DNA from: an uncultured Pseudomonadota bacterium
GTDB taxonomy: Bacteria > Babelota > Babeliae > Babelales > CAIQNR01
NCBI GenBank assembly: GCA_964433415.1
Contig: CAYSQM010000007.1
Span: 4,291-68,290 of the forward strand
DNA length: 64,000 nt
Reading direction: 5' to 3'
Below, piece by piece: positions 1 to 8,525 of this stretch. A model generated the notes under the pieces. It did no database searches, was not told the DNA's origin, and saw only the letters and a program-made list of their open reading frames with translations. The position numbers were made by a program, and so were the translations under genes. The number at the start of each line of letters is the position of its first letter. Position 1 is the stretch's first letter.

Positions 1-2
1 GT

Positions 3-1529
3 GCAGCGATTCCCGCAGCTCCTGCTCCGGTTGGGTTAGCTGTTCCTGTAGGGCAAAAAAATTTATTTTTAGATGATAATCAGTTATATAAATTTTCTGA
101 ACCAGGATTTTCTGAATTAATAGATCTTTTAAAACAACAAGAATTTAATAGTACTCATGCACCAGGTGAATTTGATGGAATTTTTAATGAGTTGGCTAAG
201 GTAGTTGATGTAAATGGCTCTAAGCTTTATAAAGAAGTATTTTTGTATAAAAATGTAGTGGACCCTCTGTTGGTAGACATTTTTTTGATAGAAGATAAGA
301 ATGCTAGGACAGGTAATCCTAAAACGTTAAATAAACAAAATTCCTATAATTTATGTACCATATTAGAAGTAGAAAAAGATAATCCAGTGTCAGCTTCTAT
401 GTCAGTGATAGCTGGTGGGAAAGTAGCTCCTGTTCATGTAAGAATAGAAGAGATACCAAAGATTTCACTTTTTAATTTTTATAAAAAAGTGAAAAAGTTA
501 GCAAAAGAAGAGTTTGATAATTACGATGGTATTTATCCTATGCCACAACCTGAATTTGACAAACTTATTGGAATTATAAAATCTAGAAAATTTTTGGCTG
601 TTTTTTTTAAAGAAAATGCAGCTAACCCAAAGCTGTTAGAGGTTGTTTTAAAAGAAAAGCTTGATGGCTCAGCTCCTTTTATAACTATTTTATTATCCAA
701 AGAAGCTTCAGATAAATTACGTGTTCTCCTAGAAGAAGAACAAGAGAAACAAGAAATGAAAAAAGATAAAAATCGTAGTACCGTTCGAGTTCCTCATAAA
801 AATAGTTTAGGATTGTCAGATAGTACAAGTGGTCGAACAGCTAACTCCAAAAGGGGGGAAATTGCGACAGGTTCTGGTGATTTTGAAAATAGAAGAGCTG
901 ATGATAAAGGTTTAGCTAAAAAACCAAGACAAGGGTATGTTGGTGGGGGTAATCGTGGTTCAAAGGGTTATGATGGTGGAGGATATAGCGGTGGACGTGG
1001 GAACTATGGTAATTACGGTAGCGGCGGTAATTATGGCTCAACTCCTAAATCTGGCTATGCTGGTAGCGCTGGCTCCAATTATGGTAATCGGGGAACTGCG
1101 TATACGGGTAGTGGACCGGCGCCAGTATCATCTTCTGTTGGGGTTAAATCATTATCACCTCTTTCAATAAATAGAGGTGAAGTAATTCGTATTGATTCTG
1201 GTTCATATAAAAGAAAAAAAAGAAATAATCAGGAAATTCATAAGTTAGAAGATTATTTCTTTGGAATTCAGAATGAATCTTCTGGGGTAATTAAAAAGGA
1301 AAAACAACCAAATAGATATGCACAAGCAGTTCAACGATCTATTGAATTAGATGAACGTAAAAAAAGAATTCAACATGATTTATTATCAAATAATGAACAG
1401 TTGTTAGACTCGACAAATGAGCAAAAAGGCAGTATTGTCGCTGCTATAGGTGGTGTGATAAGTACTTGCATTATCGGTATAAAAGTTTTTTTTAACTGGT
1501 TGTACGAAAGCGCAGCAGCGTACTTTTGA
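3..1529 (+). CDS. Hypothetical protein, 5'-truncated by the window edge, with a Gly/Tyr/Asn/Arg-rich low-complexity block and a C-terminal hydrophobic anchor
   Basis: The frame of track ORF 192..1529 stays open back to nt 3 (AAIPAAPAPVGLAVPVGQKNLFLDDNQLYKF...), so the TTG at 192 is probably internal. It contains the block GGGNRGSKGYDGGGYSGGRGNYGNYGSGGNYGS and the C-terminal helix IVAAIGGVISTCIIGIKVFF. I recognise no family. Confidence 0.6.
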   Translation, partial: AAIPAAPAPVGLAVPVGQKNLFLDDNQLYKFSEPGFSELIDLLKQQEFNSTHAPGEFDGIFNELAKVVDVNGSKLYKEVFLYKNVVDPLLVDIFLIEDKNARTGNPKTLNKQNSYNLCTILEVEKDNPVSASMSVIAGGKVAPVHVRIEEIPKISLFNFYKKVKKLAKEEFDNYDGIYPMPQPEFDKLIGIIKSRKFLAVFFKENAANPKLLEVVLKEKLDGSAPFITILLSKEASDKLRVLLEEEQEKQEMKKDKNRSTVRVPHKNSLGLSDSTSGRTANSKRGEIATGSGDFENRRADDKGLAKKPRQGYVGGGNRGSKGYDGGGYSGGRGNYGNYGSGGNYGSTPKSGYAGSAGSNYGNRGTAYTGSGPAPVSSSVGVKSLSPLSINRGEVIRIDSGSYKRKKRNNQEIHKLEDYFFGIQNESSGVIKKEKQPNRYAQAVQRSIELDERKKRIQHDLLSNNEQLLDSTNEQKGSIVAAIGGVISTCIIGIKVFFNWLYESAAAYF

Positions 1530-1543
1530 AGTAAAATAAGGAA

Positions 1544-2641
1544 ATGAGTATGTCAATGCAAGATGAAAATACTAAATTAGTAGATGAACAAGTTTTTACT
1601 GGGTCGATTTATCAGTTTTATGCCTTTGATATTGGTGATGATGTTCATTTAGAAAAAATAAAAAATTCAAAAAATGTTACTATTAAACAGCGCCCACTTT
1701 CTGATTATCTGAAAACATATCATAAACCTTTGACTATAGATATTAAATCGGTTTCAGATAAAGCTGAATGTATTTATGCAAACATTCACCATTTTGGCGT
1801 AATTTCATTTGTATATCATGTCCCTTTTAAAGGGACCTTAACTGAGCTGCGTGATAAGCTTAATAATATGTATGAAGAACTTCAAAGAGACAGCGTACAA
1901 GATGCTAAAGTAATTTTTGAAGTAATTAAACATGCAGTGACTCAGCCAGTTTTTTATCATTTACGAAATAAGTATTTTGTAGCACAAATTAATCCTGAAC
2001 CAACAATGATTGATACTGCGGTATTAAGAGATAAATTTGGAGGAACTATTGCTTCAGCTCTTCGTTTTGAAAAAACAAACATTTCTACCTTTCAATTAGA
2101 AGATATTTTAGAATCAGCAACAGGTTATTATCGCAATGATTTGGTAATTATCGATACAGAAGCAGCTTTTGTATATGATAAAGACCCACAAGAACTTTTA
2201 GATTTTTTTGAAATTTCAATGGTTCAGCAGCTTGAATTACGTTATTTTGATAAATTATTGGATGGGAAATTAGATGCTATTTATAGTCGTACCTTAAAAA
2301 AGCCATCATTAATTGCCTATATGCCTTTTATTGGGACAACCTATGATCCAATTAGTGAACTTTCAAAATTAAGAGTTGATATTTCAGTGATTACTGAACG
2401 TCTTGAAAATTCTATAAAAACTGTTGGTGAAGCTTATTATTCAGAAATTTATAATCTTTTAGTTGAAAAATTAGAAATTGAATTATGGAAAAAATCAATT
2501 GAAAAAAAACTTTCTATTGTTCATGAAGTACGAACTATTTATCAAACACAGGTGAGTTCTATTCGGCATGATATGATGAATGTATTAATTATTATTCTTA
2601 TTTTTATCGAAACGGTCGTTGCTCTTATAGAGTTAAGGTGA
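1544..2641 (+). CDS. Tentative DUF155/RMD1-like protein with a C-terminal membrane helix
   Basis: An AAGGAAA Shine-Dalgarno sits just upstream, and the gap to the preceding ORF is 14 nt. The coiled C-terminal part ends in NVLIIILIFIETVVALIEL, and the early motif HHFGVISFVYHV matches the layout I recall for DUF155. This is a memory-based assignment. Confidence 0.45.
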   Translation: MSMSMQDENTKLVDEQVFTGSIYQFYAFDIGDDVHLEKIKNSKNVTIKQRPLSDYLKTYHKPLTIDIKSVSDKAECIYANIHHFGVISFVYHVPFKGTLTELRDKLNNMYEELQRDSVQDAKVIFEVIKHAVTQPVFYHLRNKYFVAQINPEPTMIDTAVLRDKFGGTIASALRFEKTNISTFQLEDILESATGYYRNDLVIIDTEAAFVYDKDPQELLDFFEISMVQQLELRYFDKLLDGKLDAIYSRTLKKPSLIAYMPFIGTTYDPISELSKLRVDISVITERLENSIKTVGEAYYSEIYNLLVEKLEIELWKKSIEKKLSIVHEVRTIYQTQVSSIRHDMMNVLIIILIFIETVVALIELR

Positions 2642-2682
2642 CATTTAAGACCACTTATGCTAATTTTATCGCATTGTTTTAA

Positions 2683-2723
2683 ATAATATATTGAAAGCAT
2701 AAATTATGCTTTCAATATATTAT
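2683..2723 (+). terminator. Near-perfect 19-bp-stem palindrome or hairpin downstream of ORF 1544..2641
   Basis: The arms aataatatattgaaagcata and tatgctttcaatatattat flank a 3-nt loop. No T-run follows, so it may be a protein-binding palindrome rather than an intrinsic terminator. Confidence 0.4.
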
Positions 2724-2815
2724 CCTGAGGTAAAAAACAATCTATGTTTTGTGGGAAGCAATTAAAAATTTTTTTTATAATTTATTCGATTGAATCAAAT
2801 AAATAAGGTATTTTC

Positions 2816-4528
2816 ATGAACAAAAATAATGACCTTCAGGTCTTGCGCCATTCGGCTGCGCATTTGCTTAATCATGCAGTTTTAGAACTTTTTCCTGATG
2901 CAAAATTAACCTTAGCGCCAGCAACAGAAACTGGTTTTTTTTCTGATATTTTACCAACTCATAATTTTAAAGAAGAAGATTTAGTAATTCTTGAACAAAA
3001 AATGCATGATCTTGCAATGCGTAATTTGCCATTAAGACATAAAGAAATTACCAAACAAGAAGCACGTGAATTATATAAAAATAATCAATTCAAGCTTGAA
3101 CTTATTGATGGGTTAGAAGGCGATATGGTTGGGCTTTCTGAGCAAGGTGATTTTTTTGATTTGTGTCGTGGGGGGCATGTTTCATCAACTGGCGATATTA
3201 AATATTTTAAGCTTACAACTATTTCAGGTTCTTATTGGCGTGCCGATAGAACGGGTACAGCTTTACAACGAATTACTGGTATAGCATTTTCTACTCAAGC
3301 TGATATGGATGCTTATTTGCAGCATCAAGAAGATATGATTAAATATGACCATCGTCGTTTAGGCAAGCAATTAGATTTATTTTCTTTTCAAGAAGAAGGT
3401 GTTGGGTTTCCTTTCTTTCATCCAAAAGGAAAGATTGTTTTAAATCAGTTGGTTGCTTATATGCGTAAAGTATTGGCTAATGCTAATTATTTAGAAATTG
3501 AAACTCCAATTATGCTCAGTGACGAGTTATGGAAACGTTCTGGCCATTATGAATTCTACAAAAATAATATGTACTTTTCAGTAATTGATGAAAAAAATTA
3601 TGCAGTTAGACCAATGAATTGTCCTGGTTCTATTTTAATTTTTAAAGATCGTCCACGTTCATATCGTGAACTACCAATGCGTCTTTATGAATTTGGAAAG
3701 GTTCATAGGCATGAACTTTCTGGTGTGTTGCATGGATTATTTAGAGTGCGTACTTTTACTATTGACGATACTCATATGTATTGTACCCATGAACAGATTG
3801 AAGAAGTTATTTTAGTAAGTATTCAAAATCTTATGATGGTTTTAAATACCTTTGGTTTTGAGAATGTAAAAGTTGGTCTTTCTACTAGGCCAGACAATGC
3901 AATGGGGACTGATGAGTTTTGGGTACAGGCAATAAATGGGCTTAAAAGTGGCTTAGAAAAGGCTGGAGTTGCTTATGTTATTCAAGAGGGTGAAGGTGCT
4001 TTTTATGGACCAAAAATAGAATTTAAAATTAAAGATTCTATGAACCGTGAATGGCAATGTGGAACTATTCAGTTAGACTTGTTGCAGCCTGAGAACTTTG
4101 ATCTGAACTATGTATCAGCTGGGGGGACATTAAAGCGTCCGGTGATTATTCATCAAGCAATTTTTGGTTCATTAGAAAGATTTTTTGCAGTATTACTTGA
4201 ACATCATAAAGGTCATTTACCATTTTGGTTAGCTCCTGTACAAGCGGTTTTACTCACTATTACTGATGATCAGAAAGATTATGCGCGAGGGATTGCTCAG
4301 AATTTAAAACATGCTGGCATTAGAATTGAAATTGATGAAACATCAGACACTATTTCTGGAAAAATTAAAACTGCACAACTTCAAAAGACCCCATGGATGA
4401 TTGTTGTGGGTAAAAAAGAAGTTGAAAATAATACAGTGACTTTGCGTTATGCAGATGGATCTCAGAAATTTGGAATCACACAAGAAGAATTAATTTCTTT
4501 GGCAAAAACATTAATACCTTCTATCTGA
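2816..4528 (+). CDS. thrS: Threonyl-tRNA synthetase, short form without an N-terminal TGS domain
   Basis: It has RHSAAHLL near the N-terminus, class II motif 2 (HRHELSGVLHGLFRVRTFTIDDTHMYC), and a C-terminal anticodon-binding region. At 570 aa the protein starts directly in the second additional domain. Confidence 0.93.
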   Translation: MNKNNDLQVLRHSAAHLLNHAVLELFPDAKLTLAPATETGFFSDILPTHNFKEEDLVILEQKMHDLAMRNLPLRHKEITKQEARELYKNNQFKLELIDGLEGDMVGLSEQGDFFDLCRGGHVSSTGDIKYFKLTTISGSYWRADRTGTALQRITGIAFSTQADMDAYLQHQEDMIKYDHRRLGKQLDLFSFQEEGVGFPFFHPKGKIVLNQLVAYMRKVLANANYLEIETPIMLSDELWKRSGHYEFYKNNMYFSVIDEKNYAVRPMNCPGSILIFKDRPRSYRELPMRLYEFGKVHRHELSGVLHGLFRVRTFTIDDTHMYCTHEQIEEVILVSIQNLMMVLNTFGFENVKVGLSTRPDNAMGTDEFWVQAINGLKSGLEKAGVAYVIQEGEGAFYGPKIEFKIKDSMNREWQCGTIQLDLLQPENFDLNYVSAGGTLKRPVIIHQAIFGSLERFFAVLLEHHKGHLPFWLAPVQAVLLTITDDQKDYARGIAQNLKHAGIRIEIDETSDTISGKIKTAQLQKTPWMIVVGKKEVENNTVTLRYADGSQKFGITQEELISLAKTLIPSI

Positions 4529-4605
4529 AAATAATTAATTGATCAAGTTATTCGATAAATTAGTTTTTTTCTTGTTTTTATTTTTTACAAAATAGGAATT
4601 AAATA

Positions 4606-4635
4606 TTGACTTTTTGAATGCTGAATCTGTAATCT
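4606..4635 (+). promoter_or_regulatory. Candidate sigma-70-type promoter for the K/A-rich protein gene
   Basis: TTGACT, an 18-nt spacer and TAATCT lie about 80 nt upstream of the ATG at 4714. This is a pattern match only. Confidence 0.3.
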
Positions 4636-4713
4636 GAACATTAGAATACAACTTAGTTGTAAGCAACAGTTGGAAGGTAGATGAAAAACCCTGACTAAAA
4701 TAAAGGAGAGGGT

Positions 4714-5013
4714 ATGTCAGAATTAAAAGTAGAAGTGGCTCAAGAAGCTCCAAAGAAAAAAGCTAAAAAAAGAGTCGCTAAGAAAGCTGTAGCTAAGAAG
4801 AGAGTAGTTAAAAAAGCTGCTCCTAAAAAAGCTACAAAAAAAGCTGTAGCTAAGAAGGCTGTAGCTAAGAAGAGAGTAGTTAAAAAAGCTGCTCCTAAAA
4901 AAAGAGTAGCTAAGAAAGCTGTAGCTAAGAAGAGAGTGGTTAAAAAAGCTGCTCCTAAAAGAGTAGCTAAGAAACGCGTTGTAAAACGTAGAGCTGCTCC
5001 TAAAAAGCGCTAA
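4714..5013 (+). CDS. Histone H1-like / Hc-like lysine-alanine-rich basic protein (99 aa)
   Basis: A GGAGAGGG Shine-Dalgarno precedes the ATG. The protein is almost entirely K/A/V/R/P with reiterated AKKAVAKKRVVKKAAPKK units, and a strong terminator follows immediately. Confidence 0.75.
   Translation: MSELKVEVAQEAPKKKAKKRVAKKAVAKKRVVKKAAPKKATKKAVAKKAVAKKRVVKKAAPKKRVAKKAVAKKRVVKKAAPKRVAKKRVVKRRAAPKKR
4786..4960 (+). repeat. Three near-identical 43-45-bp copies inside the K/A-rich gene
   Basis: The unit gctgtagctaagaagagagt(a/g)gttaaaaaagctgctcctaaaa occurs at about 4786, 4858 and 4918, an in-frame spacing of 72 and 60 nt. Confidence 0.8.
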
Positions 5014-5033
5014 TTTTAATCTAATATAAAAAA

Positions 5034-5069
5034 GAGTCATATGCCGTTCTGGTATATGACTCTTTTTTA
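5034..5069 (+). terminator. Rho-independent terminator
   Basis: The stem gagtcatat/atatgactc encloses an 11-nt loop and is followed by a TTTTTT run, 21 nt after the stop codon. Confidence 0.8.
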
Positions 5070-5462
5070 TTGAATACGAATTTTAGGATATAATCGCGAT
5101 AATGAGCATGAAACTCAACGAGGAAATCGCAATAAATAAATATTTTGCCTTCACATAACCAAAAATTTATTTTTGAAAATCCAAGCAATCTTAAAATGCA
5201 ACTAATTAAATTAAGAAAAGGGTTATGACCATACCCTTCAACTATTTATAAAGTTTCTAGTATAATCAAACCCTTTATATTTTTTTAAAAATCCAATAAT
5301 AAGCTTAAATTGAGCTTTTCTATCAGAATCTTTTTCCATAATTAGCAATCTAAAAAATTAGCTAATAGGAGGGAAAGTCGAAGCAATAAAACTCACTACT
5401 AAAAATGCTATATATTTAATATTCATAAGTTACCTCATATTGTTAATAGTTCAATTTATTCA

Positions 5463-5491
5463 TTGAAGCCAAGTATAAAGAAGCTTATAAT
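5463..5491 (+). promoter_or_regulatory. Candidate sigma-70-type promoter for ORF 5664..8426
   Basis: TTGAAG, a 17-nt spacer and a consensus TATAAT would give a 5'UTR of about 165 nt that contains a small gcagct/agctgc hairpin at about 5550-5574. Confidence 0.4.
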
Positions 5492-5663
5492 AAAGGTCAA
5501 TATACTTTGGAGGTTAAATAATAGAAAATAGACTTGGATGATATCTTTGGCAGCTGATTTTAAAATTAAGCTGCAACATAAATGATTCTTTACAAAAAAC
5601 CGTGGCGTGTTAAATTTTGTGGATATATTTGATCAGATTAATTAAGGAATAAAGAGTTTTTTT

Positions 5664-8426
5664 ATGGAAGTACAGGTTGGTTCTTTTAATACTATTATAG
5701 CAGCATTAAGTACGATTTTTTATGAGATCAACAACTTATTTTCCAGCATGCAGTTTTTGCTTTATTTACAAATATTTGCAGTAACTTTCAAATTTGTTTT
5801 ATTAAGTTTCTTTATTAAGCATACTATTTCAAATAAAAACATTCCACCATCATGGATTTATTTCTTTTTAGTTTTGGTGGGGTCTTGTTTTGAAGATATT
5901 GCGTGGATTGTTTCATTAATACGTTGTATAGGTTCTTTTGATAAGAATAATATTTTTGTTCTTACGATAATTCGTTTTTCATGGGCATTTGTTATCATTA
6001 TGTATCAGGCACTTGCGTTATTTATAGAAAGTTTTACTCAGCGACATATTAGACCATCAAATCATCAGCTCTTTTTTTCAGTGATAAGTATTAGTTTTGT
6101 ATTTTACGAAGTATCGCTTTTATTTTTTTCTGGGGGAACACGTACTTCTTTTGAATTTTTGGTTCAGCGCTATCTATCTAGCTATGTTTTATTTTTTTTA
6201 ATGCCAGCAACACTTTTATATGTTTTTATAAAATTACAAAAAGTATATCTTCCAAAAATATTAAAGAGTCAGCTTGTTGTTTTTATGAAATATTATATTT
6301 TACCATTAGTAATTGCCAATATTGTTCAAATGTTCCCCTTTGCTTCAGATAGCACTAAGCAAGCAGCCAGTAGTTTGAGTATTGTAGCATGTTCTTCTAT
6401 TGTATTGACCTTAGCATTGTTTTATTGTTTTAAAAGAATTATGGGGTTGCGATTTTTAAATTATCATGATCATGTTCATTCATCTGATGGTTTTAATTTT
6501 ACTGATGATTTTAAATTGATTTTAGAATCTTTAGCTTCTGCAACTAATCTTCTTGAAATAAAAATGCTCACTCAACGATTTTTTAAACAAAATTTTCATT
6601 TGAATAATTCTAATGTCGCGCTTCACGTTCGAATTTTAACTAGTACTGTTTATTCAGATCATACAAAAGTAGTTTTACAAGAAAAAGAGGTATTAATTGA
6701 ACATTTTCTTGAAATTAAGACCGATGATGAATCAATGCATAAGGCGATTTTAGAGTATTTAAAAAAATATAGAATTCTTATTTATGATGAAATTGAATAC
6801 AATGATTTTTATCAACATCATGAGATTCGTGGAATTATGCTTAATTTTTTAAAAGAAATAGATGCGGATATATTTTTACCTATTTATGAGCAAGATACAG
6901 TTATCGCTTATATTATCGTAGATCGTTCTATGCATTCAAAAAAACTTTATAGCAATGTTCAACGTGATGAAATGCTAGTTTTCTCTCGCTATCTTTCTAA
7001 TGTTATTAATTTATTACAAAATAGAAACCTTAAAGAGCTCTTAAAAGAACGTAAAGATATTTTGGAAGAACTTTATATTAAACATCAGGAAATTAATCAA
7101 TACAAAGAAAGTATTCGTTCATTTTTACGTAATAATGAAAATAGTTCTGGAATTATTTTTTATAAAAATCATAAATTTGTTTTTGGTAATGAAATAGCAC
7201 AAAAGTTAATTGGAATTAATCCTAATGCTCAGGAAGGCCATGTTTTTACACGTGCATTAAAATATTTGGTAAAACAGGCTCAGTTATATAAAACAACACA
7301 AACACAGTTTGTAAAAGATGATAATGGGCGCCAATTGGTTTTAACGGGTATTGCTCATGTTGATAATAATTTTATTACAATCATGATTCATTACCCTGAA
7401 ATTTCTGATATTATAAAACAACAAATCGATATGATTAAAGATTCTTCAGATTGGGATTATTTATTATATCTTGAAACAACAGAGTCTGGTAAATTAGTAA
7501 ATGAGCTCATTCCTGGTACAGGTGAAGTGCTGCTTAATTTTAAGATTAATCTATTAAAGCTTGCTCTTAGTAAAAAAGCATTAGTTCTTGATATTCAAGA
7601 TGATGATTTAATGGCTATAGTTGAATTGTTGCATCATGTGAGTTTGCGCGAGACACTTTATACTTTAGATTTACAAAATCAGATTAAAAATTCAGACATT
7701 GCGATAAAACTTTTTGGTATTAATCCTTTGTTTGGTGAAAGTACTACGCAGCCACTGCTCGAAAAATTAAATAAAAAGGGTACTTTATTTATAAAAAATA
7801 TTCATTTACTTGATCGTGAGTCTCAGGATAATTTGGCTCAGTTTATTCGTTATGGGTTTTATGCTATTTATAAAAGCGATAAACGTGTTCAAAGTGATGT
7901 TCGTATTATTTTTTCTACTCATCAGAATTTAGAAAAATTGGTAGAAAATAATTTATTTTCAGCTGCTTTATTTTCAGAGATTCGTACTGCTTCATTGAAT
8001 ATGCCGCGTTTGTTCTCTTTACCAATGGAAGAGGTGGGAGGGCTGGTAGATGGATTTACTCAACAGGCAGTGGAGTCTCATGATTTAGATAATCTATTAT
8101 CATTAAATGATAAAGAGCGTACTAAAATTTCTATTCAACGCCCAGTAAGCTTTGCGGGTCTTAAACAACAAGTTAAACAAGTTGTTTTGAATAAATCATC
8201 AAAAATTAATAACAATTATTATGAAGCACATCTTGATTCTAGTAATAAAATTATTGATTCTGAACTTATTGGTGTAGCACAACTTGGGAAAAAAGCATTA
8301 CGTGACCAAAAAATGTTAATGCTTTTATGGGATAAATTTCGCAATCAAAATAAGATTGCTATATTCTTGGGAGTTAATCGCTCATCAGTTTCTCGGCGAT
8401 GTAAAGAATTTGGTTTAGTTGATTAA
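5664..8426 (+). CDS. Polytopic membrane protein fused to a degenerate sigma-54-activator (bEBP) AAA+ module and a Fis-type HTH
   Basis: The N-terminal ~260 aa contain about 7-8 hydrophobic helices. The C-terminal part reads GTLFIKNIHLL...VQSDVRIIFSTHQNLEKLVENNLF...LNMPRL, which aligns with the NtrC central domain, and it ends in the HTH NKIAIFLGVNRSSVSRRCKEFGL. The Walker A, Walker B and GAFTGA positions are all substituted. Confidence 0.7.
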   Translation: MEVQVGSFNTIIAALSTIFYEINNLFSSMQFLLYLQIFAVTFKFVLLSFFIKHTISNKNIPPSWIYFFLVLVGSCFEDIAWIVSLIRCIGSFDKNNIFVLTIIRFSWAFVIIMYQALALFIESFTQRHIRPSNHQLFFSVISISFVFYEVSLLFFSGGTRTSFEFLVQRYLSSYVLFFLMPATLLYVFIKLQKVYLPKILKSQLVVFMKYYILPLVIANIVQMFPFASDSTKQAASSLSIVACSSIVLTLALFYCFKRIMGLRFLNYHDHVHSSDGFNFTDDFKLILESLASATNLLEIKMLTQRFFKQNFHLNNSNVALHVRILTSTVYSDHTKVVLQEKEVLIEHFLEIKTDDESMHKAILEYLKKYRILIYDEIEYNDFYQHHEIRGIMLNFLKEIDADIFLPIYEQDTVIAYIIVDRSMHSKKLYSNVQRDEMLVFSRYLSNVINLLQNRNLKELLKERKDILEELYIKHQEINQYKESIRSFLRNNENSSGIIFYKNHKFVFGNEIAQKLIGINPNAQEGHVFTRALKYLVKQAQLYKTTQTQFVKDDNGRQLVLTGIAHVDNNFITIMIHYPEISDIIKQQIDMIKDSSDWDYLLYLETTESGKLVNELIPGTGEVLLNFKINLLKLALSKKALVLDIQDDDLMAIVELLHHVSLRETLYTLDLQNQIKNSDIAIKLFGINPLFGESTTQPLLEKLNKKGTLFIKNIHLLDRESQDNLAQFIRYGFYAIYKSDKRVQSDVRIIFSTHQNLEKLVENNLFSAALFSEIRTASLNMPRLFSLPMEEVGGLVDGFTQQAVESHDLDNLLSLNDKERTKISIQRPVSFAGLKQQVKQVVLNKSSKINNNYYEAHLDSSNKIIDSELIGVAQLGKKALRDQKMLMLLWDKFRNQNKIAIFLGVNRSSVSRRCKEFGLVD

Positions 8427-8525
8427 TTAATTAGAAATGATCCAGGCTTATTTATTGCCTAATAAGCTTAAATACGTTACTATGCTTCCACAAGAAGTGA
8501 TTAACTATTTGAGGAGAATTTTCTG

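Noticed and set aside
937-1170. A 77-aa ORF in an alternative frame of the Gly-rich region
   Set aside because: It lies entirely within the longer ORF 3..1529. Its M/V/I-rich composition is the expected by-product of reading GGT/GGN-rich DNA out of frame.
2642-2815. A T-box or other leader upstream of thrS
   Set aside because: The spacer is too short (about 170 nt). It has no T-box-like sequence or specifier-loop architecture, only one perfect palindrome.
4535-5040. Minus-strand ORFs 4535..4753 and 4723..5040, opposite the K/A-rich gene
   Set aside because: The S/F/L-rich sequence is the mirror image of AAG/AAA/GCT repeats. Only the plus-strand ORF has a Shine-Dalgarno, a candidate promoter and a terminator.
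5366-5382. aggagggaaagtcgaag, which resembles the RNase P RNA CR-I motif GAGGAAAGUCC, in a gap large enough for RNase P RNA
   Set aside because: I could not find the other universally conserved blocks (GGUAAGAGCGCACC-like, ACAGAAxxCGGCUUA-like) or a convincing P4 pairing partner. The motif also doubles as codons of a minus-strand ORF fragment. An Infernal scan would settle the question.
5611-5626. tgtggatat, a DnaA-box-like 9-mer with one mismatch
   Set aside because: It is a single isolated copy about 30 kb from dnaA, with no cluster and no adjacent DUE that I can support.
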